Virus record (IMG/VR): IMGVR_UViG_3300035180_001778
Span: 248,001-312,000 of that record
Length of the DNA: 64,000 bases
Direction: 5' to 3' (one strand)
Position numbers and translations under genes: made by a program. The notes beneath the pieces are model-generated. The model saw only the letters and a list, made by a program, of their open reading frames with translations. It did no database searches and was not told where the DNA came from. Below, piece by piece: positions 27,801 to 37,354 of the stretch; within the stretch, counting starts at the first letter, position 1; the number at the start of each line of letters is the position of its first letter.

Positions 27801-28878
27801 CAAAGACCCCCTTCACGAGAAGGGAAGGGAGACCCATTTTGGGGTCGTCAGGGTGAACAACAAAGCCGTTGAAGATCCCAGCGGCAAGACCACTGGCGAT
27901 ATGTGCCGACCGCGGGGGCATCGCGAGAGGGTATCGCCGGATCAGCAAGTCTTCTGCGGGGACATCCGGGAGAACGCCGGGCGTGGGGAGAAGCCGGCCA
28001 GCTCGATTGGTCGTGTGCCACGGGCGAGCCTTCATGAGAATCCCGTAGTAGTCCACGGGTGTCATCAGCCAAGACGAGAACCCCACAGCGTGAGACTTCT
28101 CGTTGGAGAGAGCAATCACATGGCGAGCCTCGGGATCAGCCACGAGCGCTTCAACAGGATTGGCCATCCCCAGGTGAGACCCCGGAAGAATCGGAAGAGC
28201 CTCCGGATGCGCAGCCCACGCCTCGATGCGAGCCTGGAGATCCAAGTCCGGCTCCAGGAGCGATGTAGACTTTTTCGCAAGGATGACGATCTGCTTGTAG
28301 GCCTCATAGTCCGGCGAGGGGAACCGGAAGCAGTGCAGATTCGTGTACTCTTGAGCGAGAGTCACCGCCGACTTCTGAAGAGCCGTCACGGGGATGATGT
28401 AGACCAGGACTCCCCCGGGCATCAACGTCGAGCTGAAGCGTTGGAGGAAGGCTTCCTCCTGACGCCCGACATCCCGGTTGATATCGTAGGGAGGATTCAA
28501 CCAGAGGAGGCTCGCACCCTTGTGATAGTAGGCGTTGTAGTTGTTGTCCCAAACAACTCGAAAAGCGTCCCCCTGGACAATGCCCTTGGACCAGGAGCCA
28601 TAGTCCATCTCCTTCTGGCAACGGGCCTTCAGCTCCTCGAATCGAGTAGCCTCCATCTCCGATGCGTAGAGGTCGAAGTTGACGCTCCTATCCCTGAGAT
28701 CCCCCAAGAGCCACCGAGCACATGCGATGACCGCTTCCCCGTCGCCAGCGCAGGGGTCAACGAACGCATACCCCGAGTCATGCACGTACGGAACATCGAT
28801 GAGCCCTGCGATATAGGGGATCAGATGTTTGGGGGTCTTATAATACCCCGCGATTGCAACAGACTCAAGCCTTGCCAT
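24886..28878 (-). CDS. adenine methyltransferase-SF2 helicase fusion
   Basis: DPCAGDG, NPPY, GEIGSGKT, DEGH, LTGT, QADGRIDRVGQ. Confidence 0.9.
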   Translation of the reverse strand: MARLESVAIAGYYKTPKHLIPYIAGLIDVPYVHDSGYAFVDPCAGDGEAVIACARWLLGDLRDRSVNFDLYASEMEATRFEELKARCQKEMDYGSWSKGIVQGDAFRVVWDNNYNAYYHKGASLLWLNPPYDINRDVGRQEEAFLQRFSSTLMPGGVLVYIIPVTALQKSAVTLAQEYTNLHCFRFPSPDYEAYKQIVILAKKSTSLLEPDLDLQARIEAWAAHPEALPILPGSHLGMANPVEALVADPEARHVIALSNEKSHAVGFSSWLMTPVDYYGILMKARPWHTTNRAGRLLPTPGVLPDVPAEDLLIRRYPLAMPPRSAHIASGLAAGIFNGFVVHPDDPKMGLPSLLVKGVFDREYRTVDEKHNSDGEKVAEIQVQQPKLVTTVLDLSTYQYVTIKASADKTNTRKVAEMTMADLLEYYGRGLMEVMLKQCPVLHNPGLAEDQIALPQLNREMFYAQHQAAQAAVKLLGGVHAKKEHRRGKTVFVLGEIGSGKTTLAIYVALSIGAKRMLVMCPPHLLDGWKEQIQAVAPHARIVVLTSVSDVQALARDKSDDVVISILSRETAKLGHTWGSVENFCPKCGGEVPVGEDLAKQRARCKVVPIIVSDLGKILQDLAIAMVPAFPDAARLRQLLWSRPLRKWTTMLRRREKPADAWEKAAPALPGIINRLIPFLPSLNVVAAIEYLLIANPDPQLIATVAERMYVATLAEDKETWGVWANVRERLVSLALLIDDEEDRKKLTAVLWGLYPGKDSAHVSYYSGPRDYGTRVEAKYSSLYKEETATFYDSWPDITMTTEGSLLWRKIPTIPEAVVSAVAALMEDKPFKKRMKGEEPDECGEQLFEARPTPMRYPLALYISKKFPWLFDVLALDEGHEYATDGSAQERAAHRLTGLGIPTMLLTGTVMNGYAASLFTNLWALSPAFRAEFSRDELTKFVGRYGYRKRIVEDRGEDKKVVEFGSVTDRVDRKERIIGNAPGVLPLLVLKHLLPIAVTLHKSDLGINIPTCSEMVESVEADSELMKRYKHLQDVLIAQIKADRYSKEGKAGKLMGALSELPSYLDLATADTGNQEDGSYAIRYPESCGGGLVASVASFPASTILPKEAWMLDTIEEELKEGRNVMVFGWHTVLLPRLARIIQERIGGVVPILNPDKVSTGKRQSWINREVVAKKARVLVVNPVCVQTGLNNLIYFSTSIWMQNPACNPVTKRQADGRIDRVGQDKPTRVRFPVYGGTTQQHTHSLLMHKVAVSMSTDGLDAEAALLAAGIGNDDGFSAFSVGRQIYEMIVSGRDLPMIPKAKKAFIPVVKHLPPPIVTEADLFEFAMSLG

Positions 28879-29686
28879 TCGTGACCTCGAAGTAAATACG
28901 AACCTGCTCGGCGAGGAAAGCCTCCAGAGCTTCGTGGGAGCACATGCACGAGACCCCAACGAAAAGTCTCACGTCGTCAATCCCCACTTCGTTCATGTGA
29001 TAATAGGAATGGCACCCCCACCGATTCAGGGTGTTCTCCCGCGTCCAGGCTGCGATCCCTTGAGCCAGGGCTGCGCAGAACATCTGGAGATAGAACCGCA
29101 CATCCGAGATGAGCGGGCAGCGACTCCGACGATCCAGAAACGACGCGAACAGGACTGCCACCGGGACCAGCTCAGCAAGAGCTTCATCGGTGAGAGGAAC
29201 CCCCACCTTTCCGTAGGTGGCACGTACATGGGCCACTGCGGGCCCGGGATCGATTGTTGACGAAGCCACCCATTCGCAGGTAGGCAGCAAGCAGAATCGA
29301 ACCCCGGCAAGGTCGACCATGCCAAGGTCCATTCGGAAGAGATCGGGCAGGTACGCCGTGACGATCGACGTCACATCTGGCTTCCCATCGGGGCGCTTCT
29401 CGACAACCCGTTGCCAGTCGAAGCGGTACTTCGACGACTTCATCAGCTCGATGACCGTGTCTTTGCGCCCCTTACCGAGGATGGCCTTGCGCCCCAGCAT
29501 CAGGTTCGCGACGAACGGCCGCATCTCAGCTTCCGTGCCCCCAACCTGCAACCATACCGGCCGGATGGAGTCCTTGGATGTCTGGCCCCCAGGCCAGAGG
29601 CTATCCGCCTCCAGGTGAGCAAGATGCACCGCAGAGAAAGATCGGCCCTTCCCCTCTTTCTGGGGGGCGATGATAAGCTCGCGCAT
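28865..29686 (-). CDS. hypothetical protein coupled to the methylase-helicase
   Basis: Overlaps helicase start; GGTGTA element upstream. Confidence 0.7.
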   Translation of the reverse strand: MRELIIAPQKEGKGRSFSAVHLAHLEADSLWPGGQTSKDSIRPVWLQVGGTEAEMRPFVANLMLGRKAILGKGRKDTVIELMKSSKYRFDWQRVVEKRPDGKPDVTSIVTAYLPDLFRMDLGMVDLAGVRFCLLPTCEWVASSTIDPGPAVAHVRATYGKVGVPLTDEALAELVPVAVLFASFLDRRSRCPLISDVRFYLQMFCAALAQGIAAWTRENTLNRWGCHSYYHMNEVGIDDVRLFVGVSCMCSHEALEAFLAEQVRIYFEVTNGKA

Positions 29687-29719
29687 CCGTCTAGATTACA
29701 CCATAGGGTGTCCTAGACG

Positions 29720-30166
29720 TCAGAAATCGTCGTCCCAGATCACCTCAAACGAGGTCCGGCGGAGGACAGGTACGCGAGAGAATTTGAGAGCTTCTGCCCA
29801 CACCTCTCTCAACCTCTGTGCTGCCTTGGGGTACAGCTCTTCAGCATGATGATCAATGCCCAACCAACTCGAAGATGGGGCTACTCGCCGTAGCAGATCC
29901 AAGTTGGTGCCAATTCGGCACATATACACATTTCCCCATGGCTTCTTCGCAGCCTTGCTTTCAATACGGCGAAGATACATCCCTGTCGTGCCACCGAGTA
30001 TCTTTGCATATTGTGCAGAATGCCCGAAAAGCTGCACGGATACACCCTGTGTCACCATAGACACGGCTTCCACAAGCATGCGCGTCGTACGCCCTGAACC
30101 AGGTCGCGTTTGAACCTCGGGCCAAGGGCGGATCCCCAGAGCAATGCGGACTTCTTCAGGAGTCAC
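29720..30166 (-). CDS. hypothetical protein with C-terminal tag
   Basis: P-loop-like GSGRTT; ends RRTSFEVIWDDDF. Confidence 0.55.
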   Translation of the reverse strand: MTPEEVRIALGIRPWPEVQTRPGSGRTTRMLVEAVSMVTQGVSVQLFGHSAQYAKILGGTTGMYLRRIESKAAKKPWGNVYMCRIGTNLDLLRRVAPSSSWLGIDHHAEELYPKAAQRLREVWAEALKFSRVPVLRRTSFEVIWDDDF

Positions 30167-31326
30167 GACCCGTCGAACTCCGCCATCAACTGCTCCATGT
30201 AGTCGAAGTCGTCCTCGAAGTTGGACCTCTCGGAAGCATCTTCGAGAGGCCCACGGAGCCGGGCCTCGATGAGGGCCTTGTACTTGGGGTTCAGCTCGAT
30301 CCCGAGGTAGCTTCGACCCAGCTCCACAGCCACCGCCAGCGTCGTCCCAGAGCCCGAGAACGGGTCCAAAACAACACAGGGGACAATGCCTGCGTCACAC
30401 GTACATGTCGGCTGCCAACCCGTGGTGACCGGCGGATTCTCATCGCGAATCCGCTGTTGCTCCCAGCCGAATCGCTGATGAGGCGTGTTGTCGGGCACCA
30501 CGTTGGACTCGAACCGAGGGGCGTCAGGGATGACCCGTTCGAGGATGCGAACCCAGGGAGCACCACAGGATGAACACGCTCCATGCTCGCTCGTCCCGAG
30601 CTTGATGCAGCGCTCCGGCAGCTTTGGGGGGAAGACCGCGAAGTGTGCACCCTTGTACGGCTGGGGGTTGATCTTCCACACGGTACGCAGGTTCCGTCCC
30701 GCGGGATTACCCACAGGGACCCCGTCATAGCGAAGGATCATGTTGGGGTCACGATCGGATCGGTATGTCTTGCTCTCCCCCGAAACGAAAGTATGGCGTC
30801 GTTGCACATACTCCAATTTGTGGGGCTCTCGCTCCGCATCCTGGTCGTAGAAGTAGTGCGGGCTCTTCGAGAAGAGAAAGACCTGCTCGTGAGAACGCGT
30901 CGGACGATCACGGACGCTCTCAGGCATGACGACGGCCTTCTCCCAAATCTGCTCTCCCCGCAGATACCAGCCCTCAGCTCGAAGGGCAAAAGCCAGCGCC
31001 CAAGGGATGCCGATGAGGTCTTTCTCCTTGATCCCTCCGACGGTCCCACGCGAGTAACTGTCCCCGATGTTGAGCCAGAGGACGCCGTCCTCCCGTAGAA
31101 CCCGGCGAGCTTCAGAGAAGACTTTCGTCAGGCGCTCGATGTACAACTCGTGGGTCGCTTCCAACCCGAGCTGGCCCTCAACACCATAATCACGAAGCGC
31201 GTAATAGGGCGGCGACGTGACGATGCAGTGGGCGAAGTTGTCGGGGAGTTTTTTGAGGAGATCGAGAGCATCACCAATGACGACTTGATTTGCGATGAGG
31301 GAAATCAAGTCCCTGTAGAGCGCCAT
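30163..31326 (-). CDS. N4/N6 DNA methyltransferase
   Basis: TSPPY, HFAVFP, LDPFSGSGTT. Confidence 0.92.
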   Translation of the reverse strand: MALYRDLISLIANQVVIGDALDLLKKLPDNFAHCIVTSPPYYALRDYGVEGQLGLEATHELYIERLTKVFSEARRVLREDGVLWLNIGDSYSRGTVGGIKEKDLIGIPWALAFALRAEGWYLRGEQIWEKAVVMPESVRDRPTRSHEQVFLFSKSPHYFYDQDAEREPHKLEYVQRRHTFVSGESKTYRSDRDPNMILRYDGVPVGNPAGRNLRTVWKINPQPYKGAHFAVFPPKLPERCIKLGTSEHGACSSCGAPWVRILERVIPDAPRFESNVVPDNTPHQRFGWEQQRIRDENPPVTTGWQPTCTCDAGIVPCVVLDPFSGSGTTLAVAVELGRSYLGIELNPKYKALIEARLRGPLEDASERSNFEDDFDYMEQLMAEFDGS

Positions 31327-31336
31327 GCCGGCGATT

Positions 31337-32134
31337 CTACACCGCGTCGAGCTGACGCTTGAAGAAGTCGAGGATCTTCGGCTTGACCTTCTGGTTCCAG
31401 TTCTGGGGCGAGCTGCTGTAGTTCGGGAGCTTGCCCTGGAGACCATGCGCAGGGTCACCCACGATCTCCTTCTCGTTGTACCCCTCGGTCAGGTACTTCA
31501 CGTAGAGACCCGCATCCGGGTGAACCTTCTGGGACAGCTCCCTGAGAAGGGACTTGAGCTGATGCTCAGGAATCAGCTCAGCGATATCCTCGAAGGCGTG
31601 GGGGTCCGAGATATCGAGGTTCGTCTCTTCGCCATCCGCGTCCTCTTGGGTGATCGACTTCTCCCGGTGACGCTGCTTCGTCTTGTCGTTGACGACGTTG
31701 ATCCCCTGGCGAACGACGCCGGTCATCACGTAGCCCTGCGCTTCCTTGAGCGGGCACTTGTCACGCAGACCCTTCGATCCCCCCTGAAGGGTGAACCGGA
31801 TCATGAACTCGACCATGGCGTTCTCCGCCAGCTCGGGATCTCGGAACTTGCCAATCAGCGTCTTGTAGACGCGGCTGGCGAAGTCCTGACCGTAGCCGCG
31901 GGGCAACGTGTCGGCCGGTTTTGAACTCTTGGGGTTCCAGCGTGGTCCCGGGTCGGGCATCTCCGTCACCCCGCGGAGTAGGAACTCCGCGAAGATCATC
32001 CGGCCGAAGGCTTCGGTCGAATCCGCGGCGAGCCGCAGAAAGAGATCCGCAACTCGAAGACCCCACGGAAGGGAGGCGTAGAGCCTTCGAGCGAGATTTT
32101 GGCTGGCGAGGATGAGGGTGGCAATACGATCCAT
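31337..32134 (-). CDS. sigma-70/ECF-like factor (divergent)
   Basis: Region 2-like (RDPELAENAMVE...GYV...RQGIN) and region 4-like (EGYNEKEI). Confidence 0.55.
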   Translation of the reverse strand: MDRIATLILASQNLARRLYASLPWGLRVADLFLRLAADSTEAFGRMIFAEFLLRGVTEMPDPGPRWNPKSSKPADTLPRGYGQDFASRVYKTLIGKFRDPELAENAMVEFMIRFTLQGGSKGLRDKCPLKEAQGYVMTGVVRQGINVVNDKTKQRHREKSITQEDADGEETNLDISDPHAFEDIAELIPEHQLKSLLRELSQKVHPDAGLYVKYLTEGYNEKEIVGDPAHGLQGKLPNYSSSPQNWNQKVKPKILDFFKRQLDAV

Positions 32135-32162
32135 CAATCCCGTGAAGGGATAGAAGGATCCT

Positions 32163-33071
32163 CTACCCCAGGGTTCGAAGGGCTCGCTGAACACTCCGCC
32201 GTGTCTCGGCGGACAGGTCGAGCTTCTTGACCGCTTCGATGAGCGTGTAGCCGTCTCCGAGGAGATCCGTCAGCTCTTCCTTGTGGGCAAGCAGCTCGTC
32301 GGCGTTGATCGAACCCATCACAGAGCTGATATCCGCCGAAGCTTCCATCTGCCCGTGCGCGTTCGGATCTGCAACCAGCTCTTCCCACGCGAAGGGAACG
32401 ACACCCTCCGGACCCGCGAAGGTCGCTCCGAACGCATCCGCCGGGCGTTCCTTCTCACGCCGCTTCCGGGTCCGAACCCAGTTCGCGAAGTGATTCTTCA
32501 CCGCTTGCCTCAAGTAGTTCTTGAAGTGAGTGGGCGAGGCGACCGGCGTCGGAAGGCTCACGAACACATTCGAGAACACACCCATCTCAGCGAGCTTCAG
32601 GACTTCCTTGGTCTTGAACTTCGCCTTGGTCGACGCGGGGCCTCCCTCTTCAGGGTTGATGGGCGAGGGCATCCATGCAACCCAGCGCTCCCCCTTGGGA
32701 GAACGAAGCCGAGTGACTCCCCGCTGCTTCCCTTCAGGAGCATGGCCGCCCATGACGTCCAGGAAAATCTTGGAGTAGGACCAGTGGGCCGACCGCCACA
32801 CCTGGTACGTCACCCCCAAGAGGGCGCACGCCTCCAGCATGGTGACATGGTCCGGAACCGTGTGATTGCTCTGGAGCGAAGCAACGTACTTCTCCAGCAC
32901 CTCGGAGCTGATGATCTTCAGCCAGATGTGCTGAAGAAGGTCCTGTGGTGTTTGATCCACACGGCCGAAACGCTGGACGGCGTAGGCGATGAACGTCCCG
33001 TACTCCTTCTGGAGTGCGGTGTAATCGCGCGGGATTTCCGCGGGCCATGTCGAAATCGAAGTCCGTTCCAT
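32163..33071 (-). CDS. ECF-type sigma factor with large insertion
   Basis: QDLLQHIWLKI, FKNYLRQAVKNHFANWVR, GYTLIEAVKKLDLS. Confidence 0.7.
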   Translation of the reverse strand: MERTSISTWPAEIPRDYTALQKEYGTFIAYAVQRFGRVDQTPQDLLQHIWLKIISSEVLEKYVASLQSNHTVPDHVTMLEACALLGVTYQVWRSAHWSYSKIFLDVMGGHAPEGKQRGVTRLRSPKGERWVAWMPSPINPEEGGPASTKAKFKTKEVLKLAEMGVFSNVFVSLPTPVASPTHFKNYLRQAVKNHFANWVRTRKRREKERPADAFGATFAGPEGVVPFAWEELVADPNAHGQMEASADISSVMGSINADELLAHKEELTDLLGDGYTLIEAVKKLDLSAETRRSVQRALRTLG

Positions 33072-33265
33072 ATTCCACCTACAATCGCGCGCGCCTCGCG
33101 ATCAACTACTTCATACACCAACCCCAAAATCTGTCCCGCACACGTCCCGAAGGCTTTCGCCCTTCAGGGGTGAGGGTTCTCCCGGCAGCCCATCGTGGGG
33201 CCCGCCACGGAATTCGCGTGTATTCTCGCATTGATCCGAACGAATCCGCGGTGTACTACCTGAAG

Positions 33266-33871
33266 ATGCACGCGAATCCTGTTGCCGGAGCTTGTGTCCT
33301 TCAGATGGTGCGCCGCGGGTACGGCCCGCGGTTCTCCGAGGGAACCCCCATCGTGCGAGAGCTGCACGCCCTTCAGGACGCCCTTCGTGTGGTCGACGGC
33401 GGAGAGGACCCGGGGAAAGCCAGGGCAGCGGCGAAGAGGGCTCTGGCTTCCCGGCCTCGCCACAGCCCGCCCCTCATCGACCAGGTCATCCGCTGCTCGA
33501 TCGCCAAGATCGCAGGGGAGCCCATCCCCGCCCGCCCGCTCGGCAAGCCCACCCAGTCCTCCTCCGAAAACCACCTCGTCGAAACCGCCTCGCTCGCATG
33601 GACCGCATGGGTCACGGCGAGCGAGCCCGGACGTGCGGCGAGCGAGTGCCTCCGGATCCAATCCGAGAGCCCGACATGGCTCGGACAACCTGGAGCACTG
33701 CATCGCACCACCACCACCTTCTGGCTCTCCGCCATCGAACGTCTGGAAGCTCAGGATGTCCCCGAAGCCCGTCGCTTGTGGCAACGAGCCATCGAGATCG
33801 GAGCGAGCCTCGGAATCGAGAGCCACCCCGCCATCCTCTGGAGCTACGCAGCTAGCTTCTTCCCTATCTGA
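33266..33871 (+). CDS. hypothetical helical protein
   Basis: ORF with promoter-like element upstream. Confidence 0.55.
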   Translation: MHANPVAGACVLQMVRRGYGPRFSEGTPIVRELHALQDALRVVDGGEDPGKARAAAKRALASRPRHSPPLIDQVIRCSIAKIAGEPIPARPLGKPTQSSSENHLVETASLAWTAWVTASEPGRAASECLRIQSESPTWLGQPGALHRTTTTFWLSAIERLEAQDVPEARRLWQRAIEIGASLGIESHPAILWSYAASFFPI

Positions 33872-34307
33872 AACTGACGCGAGGCGTCGAGGGGATCTCT
33901 TCCACGAGGTTCCCAATGAGCGTCCGCTCTGAAGCCGAGAGCCCAGAGAGCTTCTCAGCGAAGTCCGGAGCGAAGCCGACGACGATCTTCTCCGTGAAGA
34001 GGGACGTCCAGACAGCGGGAGGAATCGCTTGCTTGAAAGCCAAGAGATTCACACCCTTACGCTCTTTCACCGAGGACTTCGGGAAGCTCACCTGAGCTGA
34101 TCCGTGAAGCCCTTCTAGATCCACATTCGAGGAGCCCGTCCCTCCAGCAAAGAGGATGAGCTGCTCCTTCGCAGCCTGACGGAGGAACGGCTTGACCGCC
34201 TCCAACTGGCGCGAAGCGCCTTCCATCTCGCGGTGAGCCTCGATCGCATAGTCCACGACTTGCTGAACCGAGCCCGAGGCGAGAACCTCAGAAGCTTCCT
34301 TCTTCAC
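33864..34307 (-). CDS. hypothetical protein
   Basis: ORF with protein-like composition. Confidence 0.6.
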   Translation of the reverse strand: MKKEASEVLASGSVQQVVDYAIEAHREMEGASRQLEAVKPFLRQAAKEQLILFAGGTGSSNVDLEGLHGSAQVSFPKSSVKERKGVNLLAFKQAIPPAVWTSLFTEKIVVGFAPDFAEKLSGLSASERTLIGNLVEEIPSTPRVSFR

Positions 34308-34946
34308 TCAGAACTCCGACCTTGAGATGACCTTCTCGAACTTCGAGGTGAGGCGATCCACAGGCGAACAACCCACTTTTACCTGAAGCGAACCAGCGGG
34401 TTCAACTGAAATCGTACCGGACGAACTACCTGGAGCTGTTGCTCTACTACCTGCTGAAGCTGCACTCGTACTTGCTGCTCTACCTGAACCTGAACTCGAA
34501 GAAGCTGAAGCGAGAGAAGAGATTGACGAAGCTGAAAGACCAGAACGAGAAGAATCTGAAAAGAGAGCTTTTTGTTGGTTGATGATCTACTCAGGCTTCC
34601 GCCGGACGGAGGATCTAGGATCCTCTGTGAAGGTCTTGATTCGTCGGGAGGACGACCTTCTCTTGGCGTACTTCAGGGTAGCCTCGGAGATCCCGCTCTC
34701 TTGGCTACCTCTTCGGTGAAGCTCCGACAGGAACGGCTCCTGGAGGACTTCTACCTACCCTCGGAACCCAGAAGGCTCCGACCTGAGAATCGAACGAGCT
34801 TCCTCTCGTCGCTGATCGTTCCGGACGACCTCGAAGAGAAAGCGGGTCGAGCATATACCAGGCGCAGATCACGAAGCAAGCACGAATTTCGACCTCGACG
34901 TTTCTTCGTGATTACCCGTAGAAACCCGTGTTTTGAGAAAGATTCG

Positions 34947-35291
34947 ATGGAAATGCAGACAGGGATGCTCCCTGCTTCCATCCTCGAACTCGCGGACGTC
35001 TCTGGGCAGCCGAAGGTCAAGCTGGTCCTTCCAGCTCCTCTTCGACTTGGAGACGTGCTCAACCTCAACTTCCGCCTTCGTCGTCAGACTGGAGGGCGCA
35101 CGGAGGCCCTCGAAGTCAACGGGAGGTTCAAGGTCACCTCTGTTGGCTTCGATGCTACTCAAGGGCTACCCAGGCAGCTCCTCGTGGTTGAAGCCACAGG
35201 GGTGACGCCGATCTGGCGAGCCATCAAGAACACCCCGCCCTTCGTGCGGCAGCTTTCCCCCACGCATTACCCGAGAACCACCGTGGCATGA
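34947..35291 (+). CDS. hypothetical beta-rich protein
   Basis: ORF. Confidence 0.55.
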   Translation: MEMQTGMLPASILELADVSGQPKVKLVLPAPLRLGDVLNLNFRLRRQTGGRTEALEVNGRFKVTSVGFDATQGLPRQLLVVEATGVTPIWRAIKNTPPFVRQLSPTHYPRTTVA

Positions 35292-35649
35292 GCATGACCC
35301 CCATCACCTTCTCCGCCGAAGCGTTGGAAGACCTTCCCGATGCCATCTGGATCCCCTCGCCGGTTCCAGTGTTCTACCGCGGCGCTCCACCGGAGATGAT
35401 CCAGGCGATGGTCTCGGGCAAAAGACGCCGGAAGCCTCTCCGCCAGAACGTGAAGTTCCTGCTCGAAGAAGCGGGAGATCCTTCTGGGCCTACCGGGCAA
35501 CGTCGATGATGACGCCCTCGCGGCCATGTTCATCTTCGCCCTCCTCGATGTCGGCGTCGCCAAGGTCGTCCCCATGGCCTAGAACGACGAGAGGCGGGTC
35601 GGACGGCTCATCGCCTGTCCCCCGCCTCTTCGCCTCGCCTTGAGGCCTT

Positions 35650-35922
35650 CTAGCCCCTCAGCATCCCTGCCTGATCCGACCGGAGCTTCCTCGCTCCGAA
35701 GCCGATAGCCAGCGTTCCGACGATGTAGCCGTGGCTCTCATCGGTGCAACAGCGGCCGTCATGGATCTCGACGACGCCTCCCGCCGATTCCACCAGCTCG
35801 CGGACCTGCGAGATTTCTCCCACCAGGCTGAGAAGGTGAACGGGAGCCGGACCAGCTTCCGGCTTGCCTGACTTCTCGACGATCATTCGAGCCGTTTTCT
35901 TGCGAAGCTTCTTGCGGGTCAT
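35650..35922 (-). CDS. hypothetical protein
   Basis: Promoter motif 35931-35957. Confidence 0.55.
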   Translation of the reverse strand: MTRKKLRKKTARMIVEKSGKPEAGPAPVHLLSLVGEISQVRELVESAGGVVEIHDGRCCTDESHGYIVGTLAIGFGARKLRSDQAGMLRG

Positions 35923-35983
35923 GCCCCGTCTACATTTTGACGGGGCTCAGGATCAACTATTTTCCGATAAGCGGGCGAAAGGT

Positions 35984-36559
35984 ATGGACCTTCGGCACAT
36001 CGTCGCACGCTTCAACCAACGTCGAGTCGCCCAGCGCATCCTGAATGCGTTCGGCGTGAACGACATGAAGAAGCTCTTCCGGCTTGGTAATCAGTTCGGC
36101 GTGCTCTCGGGGTATCGCGCGGAGCTGCACAAGCACGAGAACCAGGACCGCCACGGGGACATCATGGGGGACCTCCAGAGCATGGGGTACAGCCGGCTGA
36201 TCCCGCTGAAGTCTGCCTGGGAAGACATGGCCACGAACGTGGTCCACCGCGAGAAGTCGATCCTCGTTCCCGGGATGCACTTCGCGGATTGCGTCAGCCT
36301 CATGGCCCGCTACAAGCAGGACGCCATCATCTACAAGGACCCCACGGGGACCATCGGGATCTACTTCGGCAATGGCGAGGCGATCATGGCCTACGACGCC
36401 ACCGAGAAGGACTTGGCGGTCCTCACGCACCACGGGTACAACGAGTACTCGAAGGGGCGGAACTTCTCGTTTGGGCTCCAGCTTGTCGACGACAAGAAGT
36501 TCCACTGGTCGGGGAAGCCTCTCGACAAGGCCAGCTTGCTCGCGCAGCTCGTCGCCTAG
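35984..36559 (+). CDS. phage protein, DUF3293-like
   Basis: FGVLSGYR..EN..EKSILV..YKQDAII pattern; family from memory. Confidence 0.55.
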   Translation: MDLRHIVARFNQRRVAQRILNAFGVNDMKKLFRLGNQFGVLSGYRAELHKHENQDRHGDIMGDLQSMGYSRLIPLKSAWEDMATNVVHREKSILVPGMHFADCVSLMARYKQDAIIYKDPTGTIGIYFGNGEAIMAYDATEKDLAVLTHHGYNEYSKGRNFSFGLQLVDDKKFHWSGKPLDKASLLAQLVA

Positions 36560-36803
36560 TTCCGGGGCTTGTCCTTCGCGTCTTTCGCGAGAGCTTCCGC
36601 CGTCGCTTGTTCCAGCTCTTCAGGTGAAGAGGCTTCTACTTTGGGGCCGATCGCGGCCACCTTCAGCAGGTCTTGTCCTCGGTGGACGAAGAAGGCTCCG
36701 TACCGTCCAAGCGGACTGCGTACGGGCACGCACTTGTTGGGTTTTCCGCCTGAGCCCATGGGTAGTTCCTCATGTGTGTTCTACAGGGGAACCATGTGGG
36801 TGA

Positions 36804-37163
36804 TCAACCCTTTTTCTTGAGACCTTCGAGGAAGGCCATCTCGTAGATCATCGCCGAGAACGTATCCGTGTTCCCCTCCCATGTGCCTTCTCCCCGATGC
36901 CGGCCCTGGGTGTACGTGTGGTACTCGTCGCCCACGACGCGGACGATTCGGACCTCGCAGTCTTCGAGGATCCCCGTGAAGAGGACCTCGCCGAGCGGAG
37001 GCTGAGCGCCGGGTCCGATGAACGTGCAGCAGGGACAGTACTTGCAACCGGGGGCGTTGTTTTCGCTCCAGTCGAAGTGCCGCTCATACGTGTGCCCGCA
37101 CCCCTCTTGGATGCACTTGGCGTTCTGATCATGCTTGGGGTCGAACTCGTGCGGATTCTTCAT
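36804..37163 (-). CDS. hypothetical Cys/His-rich protein
   Basis: CGHTYERHFD..GCKYC. Confidence 0.55.
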   Translation of the reverse strand: MKNPHEFDPKHDQNAKCIQEGCGHTYERHFDWSENNAPGCKYCPCCTFIGPGAQPPLGEVLFTGILEDCEVRIVRVVGDEYHTYTQGRHRGEGTWEGNTDTFSAMIYEMAFLEGLKKKG

Positions 37164-37164
37164 A

Positions 37165-37347
37165 CTACTTCTTCTTGGGGGTGACGGAGATGCGGGACAT
37201 GGAAACCGCCATGTTCTTGTCCCCGTCGATCACGTCCACCTTGTAGTGGGGGAACAGGTACGACGAGGATCCCTCGGGGAAGCATTGCTTCACGGTTGCG
37301 AGGACCTCGCCGTCAATCAAGACCTTGGCACCGTGAGGGAAGTACAT
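37165..37347 (-). CDS. small hypothetical protein
   Basis: Promoter motif 37356-37382. Confidence 0.55.
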   Translation of the reverse strand: MYFPHGAKVLIDGEVLATVKQCFPEGSSSYLFPHYKVDVIDGDKNMAVSMSRISVTPKKK

Positions 37348-37354
37348 ACGAGGT

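Noticed and set aside
34327-34719. Possible UGA-readthrough ORF in a low-complexity GAA/GCT-rich tract
   Set aside because: A/T-rich third positions are atypical here, and an alternative frame fits codon bias better but lacks a start; unresolved
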